Below, piece after piece: positions 1-12,484 of a stretch of 64,000 nt of DNA. A model generated the notes under the pieces. That model was not told where the DNA came from, searched no databases, and worked only from the letters and a program-made list of their open reading frames with translations. Source of the stretch: Octopus sinensis (Eukaryota). Both the position numbers and the translations under genes were made by a program. The stretch is from positions 67,890,001-67,954,000 of the forward strand of contig NC_043007.1 in NCBI RefSeq assembly GCF_006345805.1, read 5' to 3'. The stretch's first letter is position 1, and each line of letters starts with the position of its first letter.

Positions 1-1073
1 TACTACGGATTACGCTGTAATCATCTTAGGAATACGGACTGTGATCTTAAGAGATGTGTTATCTGTGGAAACGCGTATAGCGATGCATCAAAATATATTC
101 CATCCAAGGATTATTGTCATTATTAGAATATTTATCCTGCATTATATCGGTTACAGCTCAGTGCAAATCCAATAAAACTGGTTCACCAGTCAGAATCATT
201 AGACTGTAACCGGCATAATGACATAGAAACATTATTTGTATATATATCCATATATATGCATATATTATATATATGTGTTTGGTGTGTGTGTGTGTGTTTA
301 TGAGTGAATGTGTGTCTGTGATTTCATATAGGAAACGCTGCGATATTGGAATCAACAGACAGCTTTTATGGTATATTAGTTCTATAAAGGTCAACCTCAG
401 GTTAAATAACAACAATATAATTGGCATGGAGTTAAGCTACAACAACGGCAATTATGGAAATAATGGAATTCTGTCGTTTCATAGCCGAAATATAAAACTA
501 TATTATCTTCATCTATACGGCTTAGCGACTCAAAAGCCCGTTTGAATTATTTATCTAACAATAACATTTCGGAATATATATTAACTGGTTACTATGTTCA
601 CCATGCAATTATACATGCCTATACACGCAGACGCAAAAGCGCAAACATTCATATAAACAGGCACAGTCGATGGGTTTGTGTATGTATATATATATTTGTG
701 AGTGTATATATGTGTGCGTGTGCATGTGTATTTGTGTGTGCGTACTGGGGTTTAGTAATTTAAGCTTGGAACATATGCGTAAAGTTCCGTAAAATTTAAT
801 GCATTTGTTGGGTACGTGGCTTTGCAATAAATTAGCTAATTTTCCGAAGAAGATTAGTGTTAGCGCCGAATAAGACAAGCTGTGCGATGTGTCACATATA
901 GGCCTGAAATCTTATCATGCATACACACGTACACACACAGAGGCAATCACTAATACCACTTTTCTTTCAGATCTTCCAGAAACATGTTCAAGCGCTACAC
1001 ATACACACTCTCAATCACACACACGCACACACACACACACACACACACAGACAGACAGACAGACACACACACA

Positions 1074-1106
<33 letters not shown>

Positions 1107-1255
1107 TTACTTGCTTAATACATTCAAAGATACATGCATTCACACACATATGTCAAGTACAATATGGTCGAATGGTTAAGAAGTTCGCTTAGTAACTACG
1201 AGGCAAGGGTTCGATCTTATTGCCTAGCATTTTGAACAAATGTCATATACTACCT

Positions 1256-1404
1256 ATTTCTTTACTACCCACAAGGGGCTAAACACAGAGAAGACAAACA
1301 AGAACAGACAAACAGAATAAGTCGATTATATCGACCCCAGTGCATAACTGGTACTTATTTAATTGACCCCGAAAGGATGAAAGGCAAAGTCGACCTCGGC
1401 GGAA
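1256..1404 (-). mobile_element. SINE family A, 5'-truncated copy
   Basis: Matches the 3' two-thirds of the copies at 3341-3568 and 15097-15326 (gtcgactttgcctttcatcctttcggggtc...gtgggtagtaaagaaat) on the minus strand. Confidence 0.85.
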
Positions 1405-1908
1405 GAAATGCCATATACTACATTCTCGGGTTGACCCATACCCAGTGAGAGAGATTGGGCAGGCAGATACTGTGTACAAGCCTGACAAAGTAGATTGTTC
1501 ATGTAATTCACTAGGTACAACCTTGTCATACACAGTATCACGCAGATTCTGCCCGAAAATTACGTTACGGTTACACATGTCTATGGAATACTCAGCAAAT
1601 TACGAGTCAACTCTCATCTTTGAACGACAGAGATTCACCACCGTTACCATCACACACACACACGCACATATGAATTACTGTATTTGCATCTGAATGAACA
1701 GAAGTGCTAATTAGTAATACAAACGAGAGTCAAACGGCTAATATGAATATTTAATTCCACCTCAAGCAGAGTTTCAAGTCACACAGTCGTTCACGTAATA
1801 TTAAAATTAATACAAAACTCTACAGCATAATATTTTGGTAGTTTATAGTATAAAATTTCAGAATACGATCTAGAATTTTATCGGTAGGTATAAGACGAAA
1901 TAATTCTT

Positions 1909-2360
1909 GGATCTTTTCGGTTTGAACGGCAGTTTTTTCTAGCGGTGTCATATGAAATTGTCACCCATAATTATAACCCTAGTATCGATCTATTGCATTT
2001 CAATCTGTTTTAGGGTTAGGGTTAGTTAGGTTTAGGGTTACGGTTAGGGTTAAGGTTAGGGGTTGGGGGAAGGGTATCTTTTATTCTTCACAAATGTAAA
2101 TAAACCCAATCTGTTTCTTAAACGAGGGACATATTCATACGGCACAGAATGATTTTTAACTCAATAGACGTTAGTGATTGGTTGAAATTGCAGAAATTGA
2201 AGAAAAAAACCCAACAAATATGTTACAAACTATAAAATTTTCTCAATAAAGCCAAGAGAAGAAGATGTTTTATAAACACATTCTACCAGTATATGAAGTT
2301 TAAAATTTTTTAGTTACCTAGAAATTATGTTAAAAACTGCCGTTCAAACCGAAAAGATCC
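1909..2360. mobile_element. MITE with 28-bp perfect TIRs and 8-bp TSD (Merlin-like; hAT possible)
   Basis: TIR ggatcttttcggtttgaacggcagtttt at 1909-1936 and its exact reverse complement at 2333-2360. TSD taattctt at 1901-1908 and 2361-2368. Termini are 5'-GG. No ORF. Confidence 0.9.
2010..2069 (+). repeat. Degenerate (TTAGGG)n telomere-like array inside the MITE
   Basis: Perfect TTAGGG at 2010, 2016, 2032, 2044 and 2056, mixed with TTAG/TTACGG/TTAAGG variants. Confidence 0.8.
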
Positions 2361-2589
2361 TAATTCTTTTTTGGAATATCTCGACTCACAGACAAAACTA
2401 TAAATAATCCTTTACAATGCCTAAAATTTTGGGAGATTATATCGACCTCAGAGTACTTATTTTATTGACCTTGAAAAAATTGCTCGGTGGAATATGGCGT
2501 AAACGCCGACGAAATGTCGCTAAGCATTTTTGTCCACCATGCTAACGATCTTGCTAGTTTGCCGCCTTACATAAAAAAGTTATAAATAA

Positions 2590-2821
2590 GGATTTCAAAT
2601 TTTTGCACAATGCCAGAAATTCCGGGGACAAACAAGGGCAGACAAACGGATTAAGTCGATTATATCGACCCCAGTGCGTAACTGGTACTTATTTAATCGA
2701 CCCCAAAAGGATGAAAGGCAAAGTCGACCTCGGCGGAATTTGAACTCAGAACGTAGCGGCAGACGAAATACGGCCACGCATTTCGCCCGGCGTGCTAACG
2801 TTTCTGTCAGCTCGCCGCCTT
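2590..2821 (-). mobile_element. SINE family A, with young body and alternative older-type 3' tail
   Basis: Head aaggcggcgagctgacagaaacgttagc at 2821 going left. Family-A body up to gtttgtcccc, then ggaatttctggcattgtgcaaaaatttgaaat. An older diverged copy lies just left (about 2420-2568). Confidence 0.85.
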
Positions 2822-3193
2822 CAATTGAAAAACTTACTTCTGAATTAATGTGTAGGAGGTCGAACATTTCACAGACCCGTTTATCTTTAACGTAATTCTT
2901 AAGTAGAATCAGAATCAATGTGACACAGTATGTAAAAAAACCTAATACCATTTCAATTACAGATACAGTTTACCTGATAGGTTGCTATATAATTTCCGTC
3001 CCCCCAATTTCACTTACAAGATAGGGATTAACTCGAGGTTAGAGAAAATGAAAACAGCCTGCCTCGCGGTGGAATCGAAACTAGGAACCTAGAAGTTGTG
3101 AAGCGAATTTCGGATATACTACACCTACACGATGTAAGTTATATACATACACACATACATGCACGCACGCACACACATGTACACACACATACG

Positions 3194-3262
<69 letters not shown>

Positions 3263-3265
3263 ATA

Positions 3266-3313
<48 letters not shown>

Positions 3314-3340
3314 TATATATATACATACATACATATACAT

Positions 3341-3564
3341 GGCGGTGAGCTGGCAGAAACGTTAGCACGCCGGGCGAAATGCGTAGCCATATTTCATCTG
3401 CCGTACGTTCTGAATTCAAATTCCGCCGAGGTCGACTTTGCCTTTCATCCTTTCGAGGTCGATAAATTAAGTACCAGTTACGCACTGTGGTCGATGTAAT
3501 CGACTTAATCTGTTTGTCTGTCCTTGTTTGTCCCCTCTGTGTTTAGCCCCTTGTGGGTAGTAAA

Positions 3565-3568
<4 letters not shown>
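3341..3568 (+). mobile_element. SINE family A (tRNA-derived), full length, within (TA)n
   Basis: tRNA-like head with A-box-like ggcggtgagctggcagaa and B-box-like gttctgaattcaaattcc. About 230 bp, flanked by TA repeats on both sides. Confidence 0.9.
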
Positions 3569-3607
<39 letters not shown>

Positions 3608-3987
3608 AATAAAATGGGATTAAAAAATCCTGGTAGATATCAAGTAAGCACTGAGTATAAAGGTATAAGGTAAAATTTCCAACGAGTAAGATACCAGTAA
3701 ATGGATGTAGAATACAAACGCCAGGTTAAAAAGTCCTCATGTATGGTTGGTAAATCCAACAATCCTTATACTGAATTTTAAGAAATCCAGAATATTAACA
3801 ACAATCAATAATATGTACGAAGAAAAATCATATTTTCATTGTAGATCACACCCTAAAAATCCAACAATTGTTTCAGTTACATTAACACACACACACACAC
3901 ACACACGCACACACACACGCACGCACACACGCACACACACGCACACACACACACACATGCACACGCACGCACACACATATATATGTA

Positions 3988-4125
3988 GAGGCGCAATGGC
4001 CCAGTGGTTAGGGCAGCGGACTCGCGGTCGTAGGATCGCGGTTTCGATTCTCAGACCGGGCGTTGTGAATGTTTATTGAGCAAAAACACCTAAAGCTCCA
4101 CGAGTCTCGGGCAGGGGCTGATGGC
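3988..4125 (+). mobile_element. SINE family D, head only
   Basis: gaggcgcaatggcccagtggttagggcagcggactcgcgg...ggtttcgattc; near-identical to 36958 (+), 17710 (-) and 17267 (-). Confidence 0.85.
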
Positions 4126-4267
4126 GATACAATGGTAAAAAACAATAGAATATGACGGGATATATTTTGATGAAGAAACGCTTTTCGCGTGTGATTTGTT
4201 TGAACTAATAAAGACTGAAATACGAAGAAACTTTATATACGTGTGTGTGTGTATTGGTGTAAGATAC

Positions 4268-4545
4268 ATCTTGTGGATGTATCGTCAGTGATGTTTCTGG
4301 GGTCTCAGATAATTTCGGATCTTTCAACATCAGACTTCTTCGACCATTTGATCCAGCCGAGGTTGATCAAGTCCCAGCTTGTATCTAGCCAATAACAACA
4401 AACTATTGGTCTACCCTCTCTATTCAAAGTCACATAGTGGCCTTCTCTGCAGATTCAGTGATAGAATAGCTTTCCTCTTGCTACAATAGTTCTCTGCTTC
4501 TAACTTAAGCTACCCTATGACCATCGTCTTCCTCCATCCTCAGAA
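4268..4545 (-). mobile_element. Hero-like (R2 superfamily) retrotransposon, decayed C-terminus plus 3' UTR
   Basis: Minus strand reads TESAEKAT..L.IER (compare the Hero C-terminal TEAAEKASRWLWIKR). It is followed by tgatcaacctcggctgg...gtctgatgttgaaagatccgaaa...gacccca...catcactgacgatacatcc, which resembles Hero 3' UTRs as I recall them. Confidence 0.6.
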
Positions 4546-5564
4546 CCATTTGAATAGTACCTCTTGTGACCCATTGTCTCTGTATGTAAACTTTCAACCG
4601 AATTCATGTACAAATATCTTCATCAGTTATTCACATCCTTTATGCAGCCATCCCGTCACACATCTGTGACATGTGCTACACTCAGTCTCATCAATTACTT
4701 TTCTTCTTTATTGGCCTCTTTAAACTATAAGCTTAAGTACACCCAAACCGTTACCCCTTACTACAAAGATGGACAGTTGACCCCAATTTTTCCTTCTTTG
4801 TTTGTTTGTTTCTTTTATTTTTTCTCTCGTCCTTTCTTTCCTTTCTCTGTCCTCTTCGTCCTCTCTCTCGCTCCCTTTCTCTCACTCACTTTCCTTCTCT
4901 CTATCCTCATTCTCCTTCCTTCTGTTCGTTGTTCCTATCAATTTTATTTTAAAACTCTTCCATTCGTATAAATTACATCATAAAACAAGAATAAAACGTT
5001 CGTTTAATTTACAACTTTTGTGCATACATAACTTCTACCCATTTATTTTACATTGATATGTATCGCTATAACTATCATTTGACTGCTCTCGTATGAAGTT
5101 TATCGACTTTCTCTAATATTTATCAATTTGTATTATCCAAGATTATTTAAATTCATGTGTTCCGACAACTGACATTCACATATTCCAAGATACTTATAAT
5201 AACTAGGGCCATGCCATTAAGAAAATAAATCAGTCAATCAGCGATTAATCTAATTGATAGCAGCTTCAATTTTTGGCACAAAGCCAGCAGGTTTTGAGGA
5301 GAAGGGAGAGCGTTGGTTGAATTATATCGATTCACAGTGATTACCTGGTATTTTATTCTATCGAGCTCGATAAAAGGCAAAGAGATGAAAGGCAAAGTTG
5401 AATTCGGCAGGATTTGAACACAGGTCGTAAGGAGCCGGAAGAACTAACGCTTAGCATTTTGCCCGACGCGCCAATGGTTTCTGCTAGGTCATGAAAACAA
5501 CTTAATAGCGTCCATTTCAATACTTAGTTTAAAACTATTTTTTTAGGAATAAATTTTACATACA

Positions 5565-5718
5565 TAGATGCAGACATAGTTGTGTGGTTAAGAAACTCGA
5601 TTTGCAACCACGTAGTGTCAGGTTCAGTCCCACTGCGCGGCACCTTGAGCTTTTACTATAGCTTCAGGTCGATCAATGTAGGCAGAAACAGTGAAAGCTC
5701 ATTGTGTATGTGTGTATG

Positions 5719-5793
<75 letters not shown>

Positions 5794-5805
5794 ATATATA
5801 ATATA

Positions 5806-5873
<68 letters not shown>
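5565..5873 (+). mobile_element. SINE family B, 5' half plus internal microsatellite (left arm of split copy)
   Basis: gcagacatagttgtgtggttaagaa...ggttcagtcccactgcgcggcacctt matches family-B heads (38371, 42931), followed by (TG)/(TA)n. Confidence 0.75.
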
Positions 5874-5876
<3 letters not shown>

Positions 5877-6655
5877 TCTGGTAGACTTAAAGAGCTTGGT
5901 GTAGAAGTCTTCACAAACTTTTTCCATCTCGCTCTTCTCGTTGACCGTATTCCATCTGTATTTTTCAGGGCCGTCACCTCCGATCTATATAGTACCATGT
6001 CACTCTTGCATTTCTTGAGGCTCTTCTTTTCCTCTGCGGCCTTCAAGAGCTTCTCCATCCGGTATGCCTCAAAGTCTTTCTTTAGTTGCTGACGAATCAC
6101 TCTGCTGAGAATGGAATATTCAAGGTGATCTTCAATAGTACTCTTCATATTTTTCCTCTTCTCGAGTAACTTCGTAGTTTCTTCCGAGATTCTTCCCTTC
6201 TTTTCTCTTGGGCATACTCCCTTAGCCTTCCTTAAACACTCCTTCAGTTTCCCTATCAGTGAGTTGTAGTCATCGTCTATGTCGTCTCCTTGGCACCAGT
6301 CTTCCTGCATGATGGCTTCCTGCAGCTTTGCCTCGTTGTAGACTCGGACACGTTTTCCCTTCGACGCCAAATATAACGCCCTCTTCTCCCTCTTCCCGTC
6401 GATGACAACCCTCGCCCTTACCAGACGATGATCGCTGTCGGTGTTGAATGGCGTCACGACGGAGACGTCATGTAATATGCGTCGCTTATCAACCAGGATG
6501 TAGTCGATCTCGCTTCGGTGCTTAGAGTTCGGCGATATCCAAGTCCATCTCTTCCTCTCCCTCTTCCTGAATAGGCTGTTTCCGATGTAGAGCTGCCTCG
6601 CCTCTGCCATGGTAGCCAAACGTTCTCCTCTCTCGTTTCTCTCTCCCATGCCAAA
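5874..6655 (-). mobile_element. RTE-clade LINE, inverted 5' segment (APE endonuclease C-terminal half plus linker), frameshifted
   Basis: ORF 5699..6649(-): GERNERGERL...WTWISPN...EIDYIL...SDHRLV (APE motifs). After a frameshift near 5950 it continues [19 protein letters not shown] (ORF 5673..5927). Confidence 0.92.
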
Positions 6656-8060
6656 TCTTTAAGTCTACCAGAAATGTCCAGCCGTTACCACCACTCCAAC
6701 AGGAAGAAAACGTGCCACCTATCCTTGTCAGTGAGGTTGAAAGAGCCATCGGCTCGATGAAAAACGGAAAGGCTCCACGGAAAGACGGTATAACATCGGA
6801 GGTGCTAAAGTTAGGCAGAGAGCAGCGATTTACGCACTATCTAGACGAGGGAAGAATTCCCTCGCAGTGAAAAGAGTCAAATACCATCCTGCTGTATAAG
6901 AAGGGCGACAGAGAAGATCTAAAGAACTACCGACCCATATGCCTGCTGTCTCACGTGTACAAGCTGTTCACGAAGATAATTCTGAACAGGCTGTCACGTC
7001 GTCTCGACGAACAACAACCGAGGGAACAAGCAGGCTTCCAGAAGAACTACAGCACAATGGACCATATATTTACTCTAACGCAACTGCTTGAGCGAGCAAA
7101 TGAGTACAAACTGCCTCATTGCGTTGCGTTTATAGATTATGAGAAGGCCTTCGATAGCGTCGAAACCAACGCAGTGCTGAACTCGCTGCAGAGGCAAGGA
7201 ATCGAAGCGCAATATGTGCAGCTGCTCAGAGAGGCAAATTCCGGATGCACCACCGACATAGCTCTACTGTCATCACCCATACGAGTGCCGGTCGAGAAGG
7301 AAGTGAAGCAAGGAGATACAATCTCCCCAAAACTTTTCACTGCATGTCTCGAACAGATCATCAGAGGCATCGACTGGCAAGGTGGTGTCAACATCAATGG
7401 CGAGTTCCTCACTCACCTCCGTTTCGCAGACGACATCGTACTCATCGCTGAAAACATGGATCAGCTTCAGACTATGCTGACGGAGCTCGACATCAAAAGT
7501 TCTGCAGTAGGTCCCATGATGAACCGCATGAAAGCAAAGTTCATGCGGTCAGACAATGTACCAACAGGTCAAATGGTGATCGGCAGTGATGAAATAGAGG
7601 AGGTGAGGGAATATGTCTACTTGGGACAGGAAGTAAATATGTGCCGGAATATGAAAAAGGAGATCTCACGGAGAGTAAGGGCCGGATGGAAGGCGGTCAA
7701 TGGCATAAGAGATGTGCTCAAGGGAAGGTTGGAAATGACCACTCGCGCCAACCTCATTAACAGTGCAGGTCTGCCTGCAATGTTATATGGTAGTGAAACA
7801 TGGGCTACCACAAAGAGAGAAGAGCAAAGACTGGTAACGGCTCAAAGAGCCATGGAAAGGTCAATGCTTGGTATCTCGTTGAGTGAGCACATAAGTAGCA
7901 AGATCAGAAAGAAGTCCGGCGTGAGAGAAGTCATCGCAGAGTATACACGCAGCAAGTATAGATGGGCTGGACACGTCACCCGGCTCACCGATAATCGGTG
8001 GACGCACGCAGTTGTCGAGTGGTACCCGCGTGAGCGGAAAAGACCACCCGGAAGACCTCC
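6656..8060 (+). mobile_element. RTE-clade LINE reverse transcriptase segment, disrupted and lacking the native 3' end
   Basis: Reads FKSTRNVQPLPP...KNGKAP...(TGA 6868-6870)...KKGDREDLKNYRPICLL...QAGF...FIDYEKAFDSV...QGDTISPKLF...FADD (7423-7434)...YVYLGQ...WAGHV...RPPGRPP, then breaks off into SINE sequence. Confidence 0.95.
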
Positions 8061-8262
8061 ATTGTTTGATAACCGCTGTTTGTTTGTTTGTGTCCCCACC
8101 TTAGCAGTTCGGCAAGAGAAGCCGTGAGAATGAGCATCAGCCTTAAAAAAATAAAATAAACGTAAGTATAGGGGGCGATTTGTTCGACTAAAACCCTTCA
8201 ACGCGGTGCCTAAGCATGGGCGCAGTCCAGTGGTTGAAACAAGTAAAACATAAAAAAGAAAA
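8058..8262 (+). mobile_element. SINE family B, 3' half (right arm of split copy)
   Basis: ccattgtttgataaccg...ttagcagttcggcaa...ggcgatttgttcgactaaaaccctt...gcggtgcc..agcatgg...tgaaacaagtaaaa matches family-B 3' halves. Confidence 0.8.
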
Positions 8263-8769
8263 GACTGTGAAGATTATATTTTTTGATGATATGCATTTTG
8301 GACGACTACAAATATGATAAAAGAAAGGATGCTGGACTTCGATAATTATGATTCATTCCAATGAACTTAATTGATTAACTTATTGGTGGTTTGTAAAGCA
8401 TGAAATAACGATTTACTGTCACTGTAACTTATGAAATGGATTCCAGAATATCCTATTCATATCAAATAAAATATTCACTATTTGTCCAGGGAAAAAATCG
8501 CAGTTCTATTATGCAATGAACTGAAATTATTTGTTTTCGTTCATGTAGTTAAGTGGACAAGCCCACATATATTTGATTAAGTAATCGAATTATCTAATAA
8601 TCTAACATTTAATTTAGCAAAGTCGTTTGTATTGATGCATATACATACATATTTATATGTATGTATGTATGTATGCATGCAAGCATGTATGTATTGCGAA
8701 CGCGATGAAAGAAAAAAAAGAAAAAGTAAAAAGACAGCAGTGGCGGGACAAATTTGAACAAATATTGTA

Positions 8770-8840
8770 TTAGTCTAACGCTCAGAAAGGAAAGGAAAGG
8801 AAGAGCTTAACGTTTCAAACGTTTCTCCTTCTTCAGAAGA
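8770..8840 (-). repeat. Penelope-type repeat end with degenerate hammerhead-like core
   Basis: Minus strand: CTGAAGA-aggagaaacgttt-GAAACGTT...ctgAGCGTT. Same family as 21030-21105 and 41320-41395; stem II is poorly paired. Confidence 0.45.
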
Positions 8841-9539
8841 ACAGTGAAAAAGAAGAAAAGTAAATGAGTGTGAAAAGAGAAAAAATATGGTTGAAAAGAG
8901 AAGAAAGAAACGGGTGACGGGTTAGGAGCTAGGTGGAACATATATATATGTGTGTGTGTGTGTGTGTGTATACGTGTCAAGTGAAAGTGTGTATATTATG
9001 TACTAAAACAAGCGTATTTATACACGCGCACCCGTATATATAAGTATCCGCACACACAGACTCACACGTACGTATGTATCCACAAACATGCACACTCGTG
9101 CACGCAAACACACACATGCGCCTTCACTCAGCGACACGGAGACACACGCACGCAATCACACATAATTACACACACAGACACATTCAAACACCCACACACA
9201 CGCAGACAGACAGACAAACAGACAGACAGACAAACAGACAGACAGAAACACACACACGCGCACACAAATCAAGGAAAATGTGTTAATTGCCATATATGAT
9301 ACATTCCGAACTTATCAAAATTTCTTCCCGAGTAGGAGAACAAACAACCATAGCGAAAATCTTATTAGAGGGTTGGCTAGTTGATCGAAAAATTAAATAG
9401 TCCATCGTCGAAACTGCCGGAGATCCATTTTAACGTGCTTACGTGTGTATATTTAGGTTGATGGGAATTGCTACTGATACCATGTAGGATGGTGTCTGGA
9501 CACCCAGTAGGACTAAAAACAATATTTCTCGAAGAAAGG

Positions 9540-9720
9540 ATGAATTCCTTGTGGGCCAATTGCCATACAGTTGGGGAAAGCAAGGGGAAACCACTCCATT
9601 ATTTCTGCCAAGAAAACACAATAAAAAAATCAGAACGACATAGCACTATGGCTTCATCTGATGAGATAAACAGCGCTTCACCCGAAAGACTTTTAGTTGC
9701 AGTATCATCAACGCGTTGCA
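9540..9720 (+). mobile_element. RTE-type non-coding fragment
   Basis: gggaaagcaaggggaaaccactccattatttctgccaagaaaac resembles the RTE/BovB ggcaaaccactccagtatt(c)ttgcc motif. Recalled similarity only. Confidence 0.3.
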
Positions 9721-9763
9721 AAGGAGTACGATGCATAACACCTACAACAATCCATATATATAT

Positions 9764-9806
<43 letters not shown>

Positions 9807-10021
9807 TATATATATATAATATATTCATATATAGTGTATTGCTTCGTGATGGTAAGATCAATATAAAAAGTACTCCATCTTGTGAGTAATTAGTAAACAC
9901 AATATATGTTTTTATGTACTACTAGTTTCATGTACTGAGAACATTGTTTTATAACACGTCAGGTGTCCCAGCAGAACCATCAGACACTGCCCACTTGGCA
10001 TAACGAACTAAAAATGGGGCG

Positions 10022-10099
<78 letters not shown>

Positions 10100-11281
10100 G
10101 TATATATATTCATAAACATGCATGCATGTATTTTGTTTTGCATAGGAGTATACGTGTGCACCCATATATGTGTGTAGTATGGTATTGTGTGGTGGTGGTG
10201 GCTCTGGTGTGTGTGTGTGTTTGCGTGTGTGCCGAATTCACGTACATGATTGTATGTATGTTCGTATGTTCATTCTGCGAAATTTAAATAGAGAGTCCCT
10301 GGAATGCTTTATGAATCTGCTTTGTACCACTAAGCGATTGGATTCGGAAGGAGAATGCAAGTCACAAAGCTCTGACATTCATATCTTCTGAAGTGTATAT
10401 ATAAATATTGACTTATCCCCTCTCCCGAAATTGCTGCCCTTGTGCCAAAATTTGAAATCAATATTTTAGGTAAGAATACCATTAATTTGACTTGTTTTTC
10501 TCGATTCCGGTGCAAAAGGAACAACGCCAAACCACAAAGAATGTGAACCCAAAATACTAAAGGACATAATAACAATAGTACTTGCATCCATATAATTCTT
10601 TCTGCACCATGGTACTGGATATGTTTATAGAGTTTAATAACATCTTAATTTTAATTTTCAGTTTTCATAGTAACCTCCTCCATGTAAAAAAAAAAACAGA
10701 AACGAAAATAAAACCTGGTTTTACATTACTCTCAATTCTTATATTTTGATTTTCAGTACTGTTCCGTCTATGGATTGCCGTGTGTTCTGTTTTGGCCTTG
10801 ACGTCATACTTCATTGTACGATATGTCATATCTACGATGTTAATTCCACGGAACTTGCCTAAGTCTTCAAATCGAAGTGTTTTACTTGTATCCTTATCCC
10901 GTATAGACATCAGATTATTTTCTGTTCTAGGATTGGCAATGCAAACAATTCAAATTGTCAGTTAGTATACTGGATGTTGGTCCAAGGTGAAACTATTCTG
11001 GTCACTTATGTTACTGTCAGGCTAAAGCTTTATACTAAACATATCCATGCATGACCTTCTACCGAGAAGCAGAAAACCTTTAATCTGTATGACTTCCTTG
11101 GATGTATAACCTTAGTCATTAGTCAAGGTGTACTTTCCGATAAGCTCCTTTTCGAATCCTATTATGTTATTTACCTCATGTACGCACAATTGATCCATAC
11201 ATACGCTTCGACTTTTGGTGGTTAGTAGATGCTGTGGAAGAAACCCGGTACTCATTTAGAGGCTGGTTGAATCGATGTATT

Positions 11282-11315
<34 letters not shown>

Positions 11316-11499
11316 TGTATGTATGTAGTATGTATATATGTATGTATGTATGTATGTATGTCATTATTCAGTTTTCTTTCAAGATTTTTCGTCAATTGAG
11401 AAAGAGCCAATTTCTAACCTGAATCTGAACTCCTTCACTGGAATTTTAACAACATTAACAGGGCATTTTTGTATGTATATATGAGTGCAGATTGTATGT

Positions 11500-12005
11500 T
11501 TTGTTTCATGTATGTATTCTCAAGCATGTATGTATTGCATTTCTAGACATGCTCATATATACTTAAATGAAATAAATCTGATAAGTTTTACAGGTTTTTA
11601 CCGTTCCGGTGATGGCTTGGATTTATAGTCTTCGAATCAACTTTCTCCTTTCTGGTTTTAAGAAGCCTAATTTTTCATGACTGGTATTTAGGCAGTGTGT
11701 TACATATCCCAGTGTCCCAATAATTACAGGTATAGATCTGAACTTTAAATCTGGATAGAGTAAACGTAGACTTTTCAATAGTTCGGCGTAGGTAATTTCT
11801 TTTTCGCTGATCTTTATCTTTATATTAACATCCGCTGGGCAGCTGATTTCAACAACTGTACAGTTTCTCTTGTCTGTCCTAAATCATTTTGTCAGGTCTA
11901 TATTTACATTTTACTGAGGTTTTCACTGGGACATTCCACCAGTACTTCTTATTATGAATGGCTATGGCTTCCACCATTCTGTGGGTTCTTATTTCTTTGG
12001 CTTAC
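11500..12005 (-). mobile_element. R4/Dong-like retrotransposon, RLE endonuclease C-terminus, decayed
   Basis: Minus strand: KYWWNVPVKTSVKCKYRPDKMI.DRQEK..TVVEISCPADVNI...YAELL..LRLLYPD.KF..IPVIIGTLG, a PD-(D/E)xK-type RLE signature, with stops and frameshifts. Confidence 0.8.
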
Positions 12006-12392
12006 GTATGTATGTATGTATGTATGAATGTACGTATGTTTTATGTCGGAGTTATCCCAGTTACCTGAGTTACCATCTCCTAGAAGGATGCCCTAACAAA
12101 GGCTAGGAGTCTTTCACTTCCAATGGTTTAATCGCGCGATCGGGTATTCAGTCCGATTATTTCTATGTCCCGCGCATGATACAGCTTTAAGACATTTATT
12201 GGATGGCCGTTGACTCCCAAGAGTTCCTCCGCCCTTTGACGGATTATGACTGCTGTTGCTTAGTGAGTGGGATTTCTCAGTGCACAGCCTTTCCTCACTT
12301 TAAAAAAAATCTTCTTGCACAGGCATTGCACGATAACAACATTGATTAGGCTTCGTGCAATGGTCATACTCGATAACGAGGGGGCATTCACC

Positions 12393-12423
<31 letters not shown>

Positions 12424-12484
12424 TGTATGTATGTATGTATGTATGTATGTATGTATACATGTATGTATGCATCTTTGTATGTAA

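Noticed and set aside
2010-2069. True telomere or chromosome-fusion scar
   Set aside because: The array is short, degenerate and enclosed within a TIR/TSD-bounded MITE.
9658-9700. CTGATGAG...CGAAA as a hammerhead ribozyme
   Set aside because: The intervening sequence cannot form stem II and no stem III partner is evident.
10665-10930. Minus-strand 81-aa ORF (MSIRDKDTSKTLRFEDLGK...) as an exon
   Set aside because: No recognisable domain and only weak splice signals; it cannot be supported without expression data.
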